DNA of 64,000 nt, taken from Octopus sinensis (taxonomy: Eukaryota). Location: contig NC_043004.1 in the NCBI RefSeq assembly GCF_006345805.1, forward strand, positions 93,496,001 to 93,560,000, given 5' to 3'. Both the position numbers and the translations under genes were made by a program. The notes beneath the pieces are model-generated. The model saw nothing but the letters and a program-made list of their open reading frames with translations, was not told where the DNA came from and ran no database searches. The number at the start of each line of letters is the position of its first letter. The first letter of the stretch is position 1. Shown one piece after another: positions 12,989 to 24,369 of the stretch.

Positions 12989-13411
12989 TTACGTACGTGC
13001 GTCCATAAGTTTCAGGGATAATTACAAAAATACCGAAGTGCTAGAAACTTATATTTTGGTGATTGAATGGGAGTTTAACAAGAGGCTGGCGAGTACGTTT
13101 AGGCCCACCCTACCCTGCAAATTATTCTGGAGACTAACTCGGCCAAGAGAAATGCTAGTAATCTTGTCGGCTGGACTTTGAGCCATAATATTGGGGAAGA
13201 TCTCGGGACTATACCTCCTTTGCCCGTTCAGGTTCGTGGAACGAATTTGTCGATGAGAAATGTCAAATTCCGGGTTCCTTTATGACCTTTGAACTAGAAT
13301 TACAACGTGGTTTTAGAAATGATAGATATCTCTTATGGACTCCCTTCAAGAAAGAGGAGCAGATAAGTATATATGAATTATATAGTATTACCTATGTAGC
13401 AATTGGCTGTG

Positions 13412-13446
<35 letters not shown>

Positions 13447-13608
13447 AGTTTTACATATTGTAAGCTGTGCGTGTAAGTATGTGTGTGTGTGTGTGTGTGT
13501 TTGGGGTGAAATTGAAAGGGAATAATTCTTGTAAGTGATCCGATTTTTTTCGTGTTTGGTTTGATATTTCTGTCCCTCTCATTGGACTTTGATGATGATA
13601 TTTCTCAG

Positions 13609-14119
13609 GCACATTGTCAAGACGAGAATCCAGATTGCGCGAGCGAAGGAGGAGGAGGAGGAGGAGAAGAAGAAATCGAGCGAAATCACAGAGAAGGAGA
13701 AGGCATATTGCCAGAATGCGACAGGCATGTACCAAACCTTTCTCTCCCTTCCGCCCTTTCCACCCACGTTGGTCTGTAAGAGGCTATAAACATTTAGCAT
13801 CACGTCCCACCATCATGTCACGACCAACGATCCGAAGGCGGCAGCCTGTACACGGCCGTGGAGGATTTGACGTTAATCATAGAAGACGTAAAATAGATGG
13901 CCACAATCATCGTCAAGCTTGTCCGTTTACATTGAGACCTAGGTTTCGTCATCGTCATGATCGTATGAGTCCTCTGAAACATAGACTATCCAGGATGGAT
14001 CACATCATATATTGGGACATAGACAACTGGAGTAGGTTCTTTGAAAAGCTGAAGTTTCTCTTGCCTCCGAATACCTTCGTATGGGGCTTTCATAGTACCC
14101 AATGGAACCAGCCAACCAG
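13609..14119 (+). CDS. First recognisable coding exon of a PIN/NYN-like (ZNF451 PIN-type) gene: Arg/His-rich region followed by the start of the PIN domain
   Basis: Acceptor tttctcag ends at 13608; frame open from 13599; first in-frame ATG 13716; encodes ...MDHIIYWDIDNWSRFFEKLKFLLPPNTFVWGFHSTQWNQPT; donor AG|GTAATG at 14120 (phase 2). True start codon uncertain. Confidence 0.8.
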
Positions 14120-14279
14120 GTAATGAACTCGTGTTAAAGCTTTTTTTAAGTGTGAGAGGGTGTCTGGCTAAATGAAATGCAATTTTTGGTTCTGTCTCTT
14201 AAAGTTCTGTGCTCAGATCTCGCTGGAATCAGAGTGATTTCTCTTAGCCCATTTCTATTCTTTTATTTCTTTTGTTTGT

Positions 14280-14505
14280 TTCAGTCATTTGTTGTTTCAG
14301 TCATTTGACTGCGGCCATGCTGGAACACCACTTAGAAAGATTTTAGTCGAACAGATCGAGCCCGGGACTTACTTTTAAAGCCTAGTACTTATTCTATCAA
14401 TCAATTTTGCCGAACCGCTAAATTACTGAGACGTAAACACACCAACACCGGTTGTCAAGCGGTTATGGGTGGGGGGACAAATACAGACACACACACACAC
14501 ACACA

Positions 14506-14556
<51 letters not shown>

Positions 14557-14728
14557 ACACATATACACGGCGGGCTTTCAGTTTCCTTCTACCAAATCCA
14601 CTCACAAGACTTTGGTCAGCCCGACGTTATAGTAGAAGGCACTTGCCCAAGGTGCCATGCAGTGGGACTGAACCCGGAACCGTGTGGTTGGAAAGCAAGC
14701 TTCTTACCACACAACCACGCCTGCGCCT
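14280..14728 (-). mobile_element. SINE family A variant in a PIN-gene intron
   Basis: Family A body with expanded (CA)n. Confidence 0.85.
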
Positions 14729-14989
14729 TTAAATAATGTAAATTACTTAGGTGATAAATGTGTTCTCCTCATTTGTATATGTCTTAAGCTCTTTGGCTAC
14801 TGGAGATAAAGTTGGGCAGTTGTCGTGCTGATAACAGCTATTGAACCAGAACCAGAAATGCAAGTCCACGCCTGTTCTTTTACAACTTATCAATAAACTT
14901 CATCCCTTCCTTAATGGCATGCCAATTGTAGAAGATTCTTGAATCTTGCGATTACCTCCACTGCTCAAATGGAGCTTGTATGACTATAG

Positions 14990-15208
14990 CAGTGCTTTTC
15001 AAGCTTTTTGCTGGAGCGGAACCCCAAGAAAATATTCCACTGGCTCGAGGAACCCCTGTGCAATAATTTAATAGTCTTATGCACATATATCTGCACAGGA
15101 GAATTAAAAATTACTGTCGATTTTAGCATTTTTGTAACTTCTTGCGGAACCCCTGGACTTTACTGGCGGAACCCCAAGGTTCCGCGGAACCCTGGTTGAA
15201 AACCACTG
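14990..15208. mobile_element. hAT-superfamily MITE
   Basis: TIRs CAGTGCTTTTCAA / TTGAAAACCACTG and a perfect 8-bp TSD GACTATAG (14982-14989, 15209-15216). Confidence 0.9.
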
Positions 15209-15554
15209 GACTATAGTTTGGGCAGGAACTGCCTAATTTTTTCATCCAGACGGTTCGTACCTGATATGTACTCGTGTGCGCGCACAAACAGATGAATACG
15301 TGTCGGTTATTGTGTGATAAAAGTGGGTATACATATGTTCGAATATATGTGCATGTATACATGTATATACATACATATATATAGATATGCATTTGGGTGC
15401 GTTTATGATTCAGTTTTATCAATCGATCGATCGATTGATCGACAGAACATATAGGAAACGACCCTCATAATGGATATCTACTCCGAAGCCGAAACAAATC
15501 AACTACTAAAGGGAAAGGGATTATGTACGTACGTATGCATATGTAACAAATGTG

Positions 15555-15876
15555 AAGGAGCGTGGCTTAGTGGTTAGAGCATTCGGCTCACGATCTTACG
15601 ACCGTGAGTTCGATTCCAGACCGCGTTGTGTTCTTGAGCATTTATACCTCATTTCACATTGCTCCAGTCCACTCAGCTGGCAAAAATTGAGTAGTACCTA
15701 TAATTCATAGGGCCAGTTTTATCACGTTCTGTGTCACGCTGAATCTCCCCGAGAACTACACGTTAAGGGCACGCGTGTCTGTTGAATGCTCAGTCATTTG
15801 CACGTTAATTTCACGAGTAGACTGTTCCGTTGATCGGATTAATTGGAACACTCGCCATCGTACCCGACGGAATGCC
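15555..15876 (+). mobile_element. Chimeric SINE: family D head and core with a family B 3' part
   Basis: 5' part matches 19712-19840; 3' part matches 19340-19490. Confidence 0.75.
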
Positions 15877-15891
15877 ATTTATGTCATGTAC

Positions 15892-15946
<55 letters not shown>

Positions 15947-15964
15947 ATATATATACACACATAC

Positions 15965-16125
15965 ATACCTTCGTATGGGGCTTTCATAGTACCCAATGGA
16001 ACCAACCAACCAGGTAATGAACTCGTGTTAAAGCTTTTTTAAGTGTGAGAGGGTGTCTGGCTAAATGAAATGCAATTTTTGGCTCTGTCTCTTAACGTTC
16101 TGTGCTCAGATCTCGCTGGAATCAG
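15965..16125 (+). repeat. Dispersed copy of 14071-14232 (exon end, donor and intron start)
   Basis: 161 versus 162 bp; 3 substitutions and 1 indel. Confidence 0.95.
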
Positions 16126-16439
16126 TATATATGTGCATACGCGTATATTATAGTTGTATATATATATATACGTACAGTTCGATGCAACCCTGAAAAGCTG
16201 GTTCACCAGTCAGCAATATTAGACTGTGGACGGCATAATGGAATAGGGATTTTATTTGCATAAATTCAGTTGTGTGTGTGTGAAATATACATGAAGATCA
16301 TCACACACACACCAAAACAATAAAACTTTGCTATTTGATAAGAGCTTTATCTAGTTGAAGAATCCGAAACTTCAAGCATTTTCAACTTGTGTCTGTGGTC
16401 ATACCACACTTTAGATACATGCGGTCTTGTTGGCCAACA

Positions 16440-17060
16440 CATGGAAGGCATTCGGAAACAAAAATTCAATATCGCCAATATCAGTTTTTATGGAGATGAG
16501 AGATTAACTGAAAACTACACCTGGCAATAGCATACATTTGATAAATTTAAAAAGGAACTTAGTAGCGTTTGCAAACAGCTGGGATTAAAAATCATAATCA
16601 ATATCAAACTTAAGACAGCTAATTTATTGGACGTCACACTTAGACAACAACATGTATAAATCTTATAACGAACTAAAGCATAAATAGGGATTCTTGCCAC
16701 TGCCCCATATATAGTTTTTCAGAACATAGTTAAAATCATTGGTACAAGTATCTCCAAACTCTTTTCTTGTAGAGAGAATTTTGTTAGAAAATGAATTCCG
16801 CTATAATAGCGCCTTTCTTAATAGCTGTTTCAAAGATGGGATTAAATGCATATCTCGTCCACCAACACTCAATATGATATTAGGCCCCATAATGCAATCT
16901 TGCTCACTCTCATTTTCCTTTAAGCATAAAAATAAATAACGATAAAATATTCCCAGCATGTATTAGGAGTTCTGTTATAAAACCGTGTCAATAAAAGTTG
17001 CTTGAAAGTGACCTACAATAGTATTAATATGAAAAACATATTCTCTCAGAAAATACTAAC
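16440..17060 (+). mobile_element. Penelope-like element RT remnant
   Basis: FDKFKKELSSVCKQLGLKIIINIKLKTANLLDVTL, YNSAFLNSCFKD, KVTYNSINMKNI; stops and frameshifts present. Confidence 0.7.
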
Positions 17061-17437
17061 ATCCACCACTGAAATGCACTTATAGGTCACACGGAAACAT
17101 TTTCACGTGTTCAAAGGCTCAGAATGTTTCAAAGCACGCTATAGCTTGCATGTGAAGCTGTTAGAGTTCTGGCATTCTAAATCATCATCATCAGATTTGT
17201 TCAGAAGAACCTCTTAATCTTGTGACAACGGATGGCTACACCAGCATTATATACGATGCGATACCAGAAAGAACTTCTGAGAACTTTGTTCGTATACAAA
17301 TGAATTTTTTAATAATTATGTTATGAATGAAACTTTGAAGTAACAAAATCACTATCCCCCTTCTGCTCTATCAATATATATAATGTATATACATGGACAC
17401 TCATACAACTATATATATATATAAGTATAATGATAAT

Positions 17438-17515
<78 letters not shown>

Positions 17516-17821
17516 GGATAAAATCTTAAAATTTTTATAAGGTAAGCCAGAATATAATAAACCATATAGGTAACAATTAATACAAGTTTATATAATTATA
17601 TAAATATAATTATAATAACAAGGGCACTCATGAATAGCCCCACATGCTAGAAATAGACGTCAAATGGCTCTCAGAATTAGCACGGATTGAAAAGCAAGGA
17701 AAGAAATCGATCTATGGTTAAACTTTTTTTAAAATCTTATTTACTTACTTTCCTCGCTTTCAATCCGTACTAATAGAGTAAATAATTGTAGTTCTTATAT
17801 ATATATAAATTTTTCTTTCAG

Positions 17822-17921
17822 GTGCCTGGCGTTTCACCGGCTGATATCTACTGGGGGATTTCACAAGAATTATCAAAGTGGCAGGACGAAAAATGCAGCA
17901 GATTTTGCCATGATGCTTCAA
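17822..17921 (+). CDS. Middle exon of the PIN/NYN-like gene: (R)CLAFHRLISTGGFHKNYQSGRTKNAADFAMMLQ
   Basis: Acceptor ttttctttcag, 100-nt exon with phase 2 in and phase 0 out matching its neighbours, donor CAA|GTGAGA; KNAAD motif typical of NYN/PIN. Not in the ORF track. Confidence 0.9.
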
Positions 17922-18027
17922 GTGAGATGAAACCCGACTCACGGTTATGTTTTTTGTTGCTATTTCGTGATCACTGTATGGGCGCGAGTATGGTGTTTCG
18001 TTAAGAAGTTTGTTCTATATCATATAA

Positions 18028-18463
18028 CTAGCAGCATATAAGAGCCCCTAGTAGGCAACGACTAATCCCAATCTAGTCCTTTCCCTCTAGGGAACGAAGG
18101 CGCGTGTGTAGGTTGCAATGTCTTCTCTTCACTCGAATACTTCTGTGTATACGATGTTCCTAGCTGTCCCTTTGGGCGAAAACATGAAAACATCATTGCA
18201 CCTCCCAATGCGTGAACAGCCCACGTACAGCCCAGAAAATGTGTTGCATATAAAAAGCTTAGATTCTCGACCCCATGTCGAATTTATCGATTTTTTCAGA
18301 ACTGGGGGAACTTTTCAAAATTTTCGCTGCGTTAGTTTTGAATTATGACATTGGGCTATGTGCGTGTCAAGTTTCATCAGAATCGGTTCCAAGCCGTGGT
18401 CAGGGTGAGGGTACAACCTGACAGACACACAGACGGACAAACTGCCGTTTATATAGAGAGAGA
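18028..18463 (-). mobile_element. Non-autonomous Helitron
   Basis: Minus strand TCTCTCTCTATATAAACGGCA start (as at 3671) and TGCTAG|T end. Confidence 0.7.
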
Positions 18464-18485
18464 TATAATATATATTATAATATAA

Positions 18486-18777
18486 CTAGCAGTAGCGCCC
18501 GGAATTGCTCGGGTTTGTAAGGGAAATAACTATATAAGCATTTTTAGAGAGTTATTTCCCTTATATAAACCGAGCAAAAAATGCATTAAAAAGCGAAAAA
18601 ATGATGGTAATTTTTTTTTAAATCGTAGACGCGCGCTAATACCCAGAAGGGTTCGATATGAATCACGACTATCAGATACCCGCTTTTGGTTGAACTGCAC
18701 CACAAAATGTGGGAGTTGTTAGGAATCTAAATCGGAGGAGACAGACTCTCACACAACTTCAGTTTTATATATAAAGA
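18486..18777 (-). mobile_element. Second non-autonomous Helitron, in tandem with the first
   Basis: TC start; CCCGAGCAATTCCGGG hairpin; CTAG|T end. Confidence 0.75.
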
Positions 18778-19109
18778 TATAATATAATATATAATATAAT
18801 ATGATATTCGATTTATACGTTAGAAGCAACACCGTAGTAAAACTTAATCAATATAACATAATTGTGTGTGAGAGTATGGTTAAAAAGCGCTTCCGTTTCG
18901 CCAAAGACTGAAGTATATTGTGTTTAACATAAATCTATACTGCGTATTTTTATCCGAACGAAAGCTGCTGCCTTTGGCTTTTTGCATTCATACATACTTT
19001 AAGTCTGCTATATTGAGAAAGGTTTTACTATAGAGCTCTTTCTATTGCATAATTCGAATTCTATTTCGCTTATGCGGGCCTTTGCGAACCAATGTATGGT
19101 TCATACTGT

Positions 19110-19493
19110 GGAGGCGCAATGGCCCAGTGGTTAGGGCAGCGGACTCGCGGTCATAGGATCGCGGTTTCGATTCCCAGACCGGGCGTTGTGAGTGTTTATT
19201 GAGCGAAAACACCTAAAAGCTCCACGAGGCTCCGGCAGGGGATGGTGGTGATCCCTGCTGTACTCTTTCACCACAACTTTCTCTCACTCTTACTTCCTGT
19301 TTCTGTTGTACCTGTATTTCAAGGGGCCGGCCTTGTCACTCTCTGTGTCACGCTGAATATCCCCGAGAACTACGGTAAGGGTGCACGTGTCTGTGGAGTG
19401 CCCAGCCACTTACACGTTAATTTCACGAGCAGGCTGTTCCGTTGATTCGGATCAACCGGAACCCTCAGCGTCGTAACCGACGGAGTGCTTCCA
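19110..19493 (+). mobile_element. SINE family B
   Basis: Full-length match. Confidence 0.9.
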
Positions 19494-19711
19494 CATTTCG
19501 ATGCATAGAATTGGTAATATTACTGTAATTCATTGTGTTTTTGTTTTTATTCGCTTAGAGATCAGTTGGACTTCTGCTGCTGCTACAGTACTTCCGGATT
19601 CTATCTTGAATTTCTGCCCCTCAAAAGTAGTATCCATGAAATAGTCGACCCCATAAATTTGACCTTAAAAAATGGCCCTAAAAATTTCAATTTTTACAGG
19701 TGGCTTCTTTG

Positions 19712-19945
19712 TGGTTAGGGTGTCAGCGTCATGATCGTAAGATTGTGGTTTCGATTCCTGGACCGGACGAAGCGTTGTGTTCTTGAGCAAAACACTTCAT
19801 TTCACGTTGCTCCAGTCCACTCAGCTGGCAAAAATGAGTAACGCTGCGATGGACTGGCGTCCCGTCCAGCTGGGGAACACATACACCATTGAAACCGGGA
19901 AACCGGATCCATGAGCCTGGCTAGGCTTTAAAAGGGCGCATTTAT
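19712..19945 (+). mobile_element. SINE family D
   Basis: tRNA-like head, TTGTGTTCTTGAGCAAAACACTTC core, GCGATGGACTGGCGTCCCGTCCAG block. Confidence 0.75.
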
Positions 19946-20191
19946 ATATTGTTATTTATATACGGTAAATAAGGTTGCTACGACAGAATTGGTTTGGGAA
20001 GCACTGCTTTATATCACTGGGTGGGGGTGGGGCGAATGCGGAGGATATGTGCTGCATAAAAGTGTTACACTATGGGGAATTCTAAGTCTCCGCGTTCTAA
20101 ACAGCCATATCTGCGATGACATAGATAGCAAACTATGTCAATCTGGACTTCTAGTAGCATAGCTAGTGAGGATGGAGGACGGCCCTCCGTG

Positions 20192-20610
20192 TGTACTCTT
20201 TACTCTCTTACTCTTTTACTTGTTTCAGTCATTTGACTGCGGCCATGCTGGAGCACCGCCTTTAATCGAGCAACTTGACCCCGGGACTTATTCTTTTGTA
20301 AGCCCAGTACTTATTCTATCGGTCTCTTTTGCCGAACCGCTAAGTAACGGAGACATAAACACACCAGCATCGGTTGTCAAGCAATGCTAGGGGGACAAAC
20401 ACACTCACACAAACACACACACGCATATATATATATACATATATACGACGGGCTTCTTTAGGTTTCCGTCTACCAAATCCACTCACAAGGCTTTGGTCGG
20501 CCCGAGGCTATAGTAGAAGACACTTGCCCAAGGTGCCACGCAGTGGGACTGAACCCGGAACCATGTGGCTGGTAAACAAGCTACTACCACACATTCACTC
20601 CTGCGCCTAT
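20192..20610 (-). mobile_element. SINE family A
   Basis: Full-length match. Confidence 0.9.
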
Positions 20611-20879
20611 GCGCCTATGTGACGCATTTATTTTCTAAGTTTCTTTTACGTTCTAAGTTCAAATCCCAGAGACTAACCATTCGTCTTTCCGAGATTGATA
20701 AAATAAAATGCCAATAAAGTACTGTGGTTGATTTACTCTATTGTTACTGTCCTCCAAATTAAAGATCTTGTGACCTCCTAAAGCCGTGTCTTTAAATTCT
20801 CAATGTGTCCTTTCCTTTGCTACTAAACTTAGCTGTTTAATCATTTTATTGTTAAAACCGACCTTGCTTTTCTCTGTAG

Positions 20880-21062
20880 ATTGGCAAGATGGACGAGCTG
20901 CTTCCGAAACATGTCCAATTCACAATATTTTCTGGCGACAAAGGGTTTCAAGAAGCTCTTCATCAAATGAAGAATTCAAGAAGAACGATAAGAATAATAA
21001 ATCCACACGTTCCTGGCTGGCAAGCAAGACTTCACTGTATTTTGAACAGGACCATTCCTTGA
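20880..21062 (+). CDS. Last coding exon of the PIN/NYN-like gene: IGKMDELLPKHVQFTIFSGDKGFQEALHQMKNSRRTIRIINPHVPGWQARLHCILNRTIP*
   Basis: Acceptor gcttttctctgtag, phase 0, TGA at 21060-21062. DELLPKHVQFTIFSGDKGF...INPH closely resembles the ZNF451 PIN segment as I recall it (approximately DEQLPK.IPFTILSGD.GF...LNPH). Confidence 0.9.
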   Translation: MGKMDELLPKHVQFTIFSGDKGFQEALHQMKNSRRTIRIINPHVPGWQARLHCILNRTIP

Positions 21063-21279
21063 ATCCGATGGCACAGGCCCAAGAAACTTACTATATTGGC
21101 ACCAAATACATACGGGTTTTTTCATGATTTCTCAGCCTTCATTATTTTCATTTTCAAAAGGTTAAAAAAAACTGAACCCACCCAACGGCTTCGTTCTTTA
21201 TTTATTGTTTTACATGCATTGACACACACACACACACACACGCGCGCGCGCGCACTGAGATTTATTTAAAAAACATTTT

Positions 21280-21740
21280 TTACTGGTTGTGTCTGGAGGA
21301 AAGAGCAGCCTATGGTCCTTGTAGCTTTTCTGAGGCCAGTGAGGTCGACATCATCAATGTTCCATTTAAGCTATTGCTGGTCAGCACTTGCAAGAAAGAC
21401 AGGAGTAAGGAGAAGATTTCAGAAGACCCACGTGCTGTAGAAGGACTGGACTTAATCATTAGTGTGGGGTTGATGGTAGGTGGATGCAAAAAGGGTGATG
21501 AGGGATGGAGAGAGAGAAGTGGTGTCTCTGAATGGTGGATGTACAGGACCAGTCATTCCGAGGAACAGAGGCCATTATAGTAATGGTAGAAAAGACAGAG
21601 CGAGGGAATACGGGTGTGAGTCAGAGACTAGGGACGAAGTCTGGCTATGTTACTGAATGTCCTCCGATGCCAGGAACGAGAACTGCGCTGGTGATATTTT
21701 ATACTATAAATGAGGCTTTGGTGAGACCTGGTGGCGACAG
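21280..21740 (-). mobile_element. CR1/Jockey-like LINE 3' remnant
   Basis: Minus strand SLFYHYYNGLCSSE... motif followed by a pyrimidine-rich decayed C-terminus; similar tract at 58620-58910. Confidence 0.5.
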
Positions 21741-21767
21741 CTGTGAATAGTGCAGTAACAACCACAC

Positions 21768-22151
21768 GGAGGCGCAATGGCCCAGTGGTTAGGGCAGCGG
21801 ACTCGCGGTCATAGGATCGCGGTTTCGATTCCCAGACCGGGCGTTGTGAGTGTTTATTGAGCGAAAACACCTAAAGCTCCACGAGGCTCCGGCAGGGGAT
21901 GGTGGTGATCCCTGCTGTACTCTTTCACCACAACTTTCTCTCACTCTTACTTCCTGTTTCTGTTGTACCTGTATTTCAAAGGGCCGGCCTTGTCACTCTC
22001 TGTGTCACGCTGAATATCCCCGAGAACTACGTTAAGGGTACACGTGTCTGTGGAGTGCTCAGCCACTTACACGTTAATTTCACGAGCAGGCTGTTCCGTT
22101 GATTCGGATCAACCGGAACCCTCATCGTCGTAACCGACGGAGTGCTTCCAG
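21768..22151 (+). mobile_element. SINE family B
   Basis: Full length; CAACCACAC on both sides (TSD-like). Confidence 0.9.
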
Positions 22152-22949
22152 CAACCACACACACACACACACACCATACATCGAATTTTCTTTGAAGCTG
22201 AAAAATCCTGCAAATCATTACTCCGAGTTACACATTACCGATTGTCATCGAAAATGAAGCAGTTGGAAAAGTACAAAGATATTTAAAGACGGAATCAATG
22301 AAGAAATAATATCTATCGTTGAGTGGGTAAAGGACGCCCATAATTTTGGAAGTGAAAAGAATTCTTGGCGGAATCATACAAACGTCAAAGATTCTAAGTA
22401 AATAAACAAATATAATGTTGGAACATCGATGGGGAAAATGGAGAAGGGAAGAGAGGGAAGGGAGAAAGAAATGTGTAATTGAGAAAGAGCGAGGAAAAAA
22501 GTATGTCCACTAGTTAGAAACATATCGATCACATATTCACTCAAAAAAAAAAAGAAAAGAAAAACGAACACATGAAACAAAGCAGACACACAAGACCTAC
22601 TGAAATACAAGGCCGGAAATACAAAAAGACTAGCACACAGACACATGCACTGTTTCACAGCATCATTTCAGATGTTACATTGTAACATTCACACGGTGAA
22701 CGAGATATTAAAATCCAGTCTAAAGAGCAGGGACAGAACAAAACTAATAGGTCAATATCTGGTCCAAGCGTTAGACAATGAAAGCAACGACTGAGAAAAG
22801 TCAGATGAAAACTGGCGAAACAGGAAAGGTCAAAAGTTAAAAACCCAAGAACAAAAATGAAATAGGCCGCTTTAAAATCCAACACATTCCTAGTCGTACA
22901 AGTTACATCGTTTGAAAAATAAATATTTCGAGACCAATCTGCAGAGATT

Positions 22950-23750
22950 TAAAAGTTCCGATTTAAGATTCGATGCAAAAGTATCTTCAAAAGATTAAAG
23001 AATTTATTGCTGCAGCATACTAAACATATGATGGAATTATGATAAGAACCGTGTTTATATGGGTTTGCCATTTCTAAAATACTCTAGTGTATCTTAAAAA
23101 GAGTATCTTCAAAGAATTTAGATTCCTTCTAAACCTATATGCACTTAGATTTGTAGAAGTCCCTTGTTTCGGCTATTTGAAAGATTTCTTGGGCAAGTAG
23201 AAACTTTGTTAACCCGATATGCGCTATGTACTTTGGGTGGTTGTCAACAATTTTGCTCTATAAACTAGTTCCTAATAAAACAATTGTCTTTAAGGAGGCA
23301 TTTTCTCTGGGCTCCACATAATTGGGAGTTTGGTCATTAGGATTAACTTCAGCAATCCTTTTAGCATTTGAATTAACATTCGAAACCACGTCCTAACAGC
23401 AATAGTAGCTAACTTACAAATTTTATAGAAAGCACTACGACATTTATCTTTCGTTGAAAAGTGTTGGGTTGAATTCTCCGTTAAACTGCGAGACTTACCT
23501 GAATTTAATTTGTATTCCTCTTTCTAATCCTGTTAATAGTATCTGGAATGGATCTGCACAGAGAATCCGCTATTCTTAAACACCTCGTTATAATAATGAA
23601 GCCTATTGACAGTAACTCCAATTACTGATAGAGATGAAATTTGTTTATTTCTGTTGGAATTATATTCTGGAAATTGCAAGGAAGATGGTTAAAGTTAGTG
23701 TTTACATATAATTATCTCCCGTTACGGATTAAATGCACTGTTCTCTAAAT
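22950..23750 (-). mobile_element. Penelope-like element RT remnant
   Basis: Minus strand LYVNTNFNHLPCNFQNII...YNEVFKNSGF; homologous to the 16440-17060 remnant. Confidence 0.65.
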
Positions 23751-23833
23751 CCAAAATATCATCAAAATATTAACTATACCGAGATTTGTTTCCACTAGCA
23801 GCTCCTGTTAAGACATATTAATCTATTTAAGAA

Positions 23834-24301
23834 AGAGTAAACCCATAAAGCAGTCTTTATGGACACGTTGAAACTCCGACGTCTGGCAGCTGACTTGGCA
23901 GACACCCATCAAATTATTAACCATCTTACAAACAATAACTCTGAGCACCTTTTCAAACTCCACCCATCTAACACCCGTGGACATGTTTACAAAGTCAAAA
24001 AACAGCACAGTTCCCATGACTTTCGGAAACATTTTTTCACGCTGAGAGTTGCTGAAGCATGGAACAAACTGCCGGCATCAGTTGTTAGTTGTCGGAGCAC
24101 TGCATCCTTCAAAACTTCCATGCTTCCTGAGATTCCCCAACACTATCTTGATTTTCTCCCCTCCATACACACACAAGCATGTATCTGACTCATACATTGT
24201 TCGCTTTCCAGACATTTGTACATTACTGCATATATTTTATACGCACTTTCTGACAAGTTGTGGTGCACCTGAGCACTGTATACAATAATTTCATTTTTAT
24301 A

Positions 24302-24368
<67 letters not shown>
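23834..24368 (+). mobile_element. CR1-clade LINE, 5'-truncated 3' end with (ATT)n tail
   Basis: LKLRRLAADL...TRGHVYKVKKQHSSHDFRKHFFTLRVAEAWNKLPASVV; its tail also occurs inverted near 42265-42360. Confidence 0.85.

Positions 24369-24369
<1 letters not shown>

Noticed and set aside
11536-13181. Long ORFs (up to 265 aa) of YVCM/HTYI repeats
   Set aside because: Translations of (TATG)n/(CATA)n microsatellites, open on both strands.
17150-17216. CTGATGA on the minus strand at the end of a Penelope remnant
   Set aside because: Part of a (GAT)n run; no GAAA or proper stems.
19110-19185. tRNA-like sequences at SINE heads (also 3075, 15555, 19712, 21768)
   Set aside because: A/B boxes are present but there is no complete cloverleaf, and each continues into a SINE body.
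20374-20622. Recurring short ORFs (MSSNARGTN..., MFIERKHL..., MVVIPAVLF...)
   Set aside because: Repeated translations of SINE families A and B.
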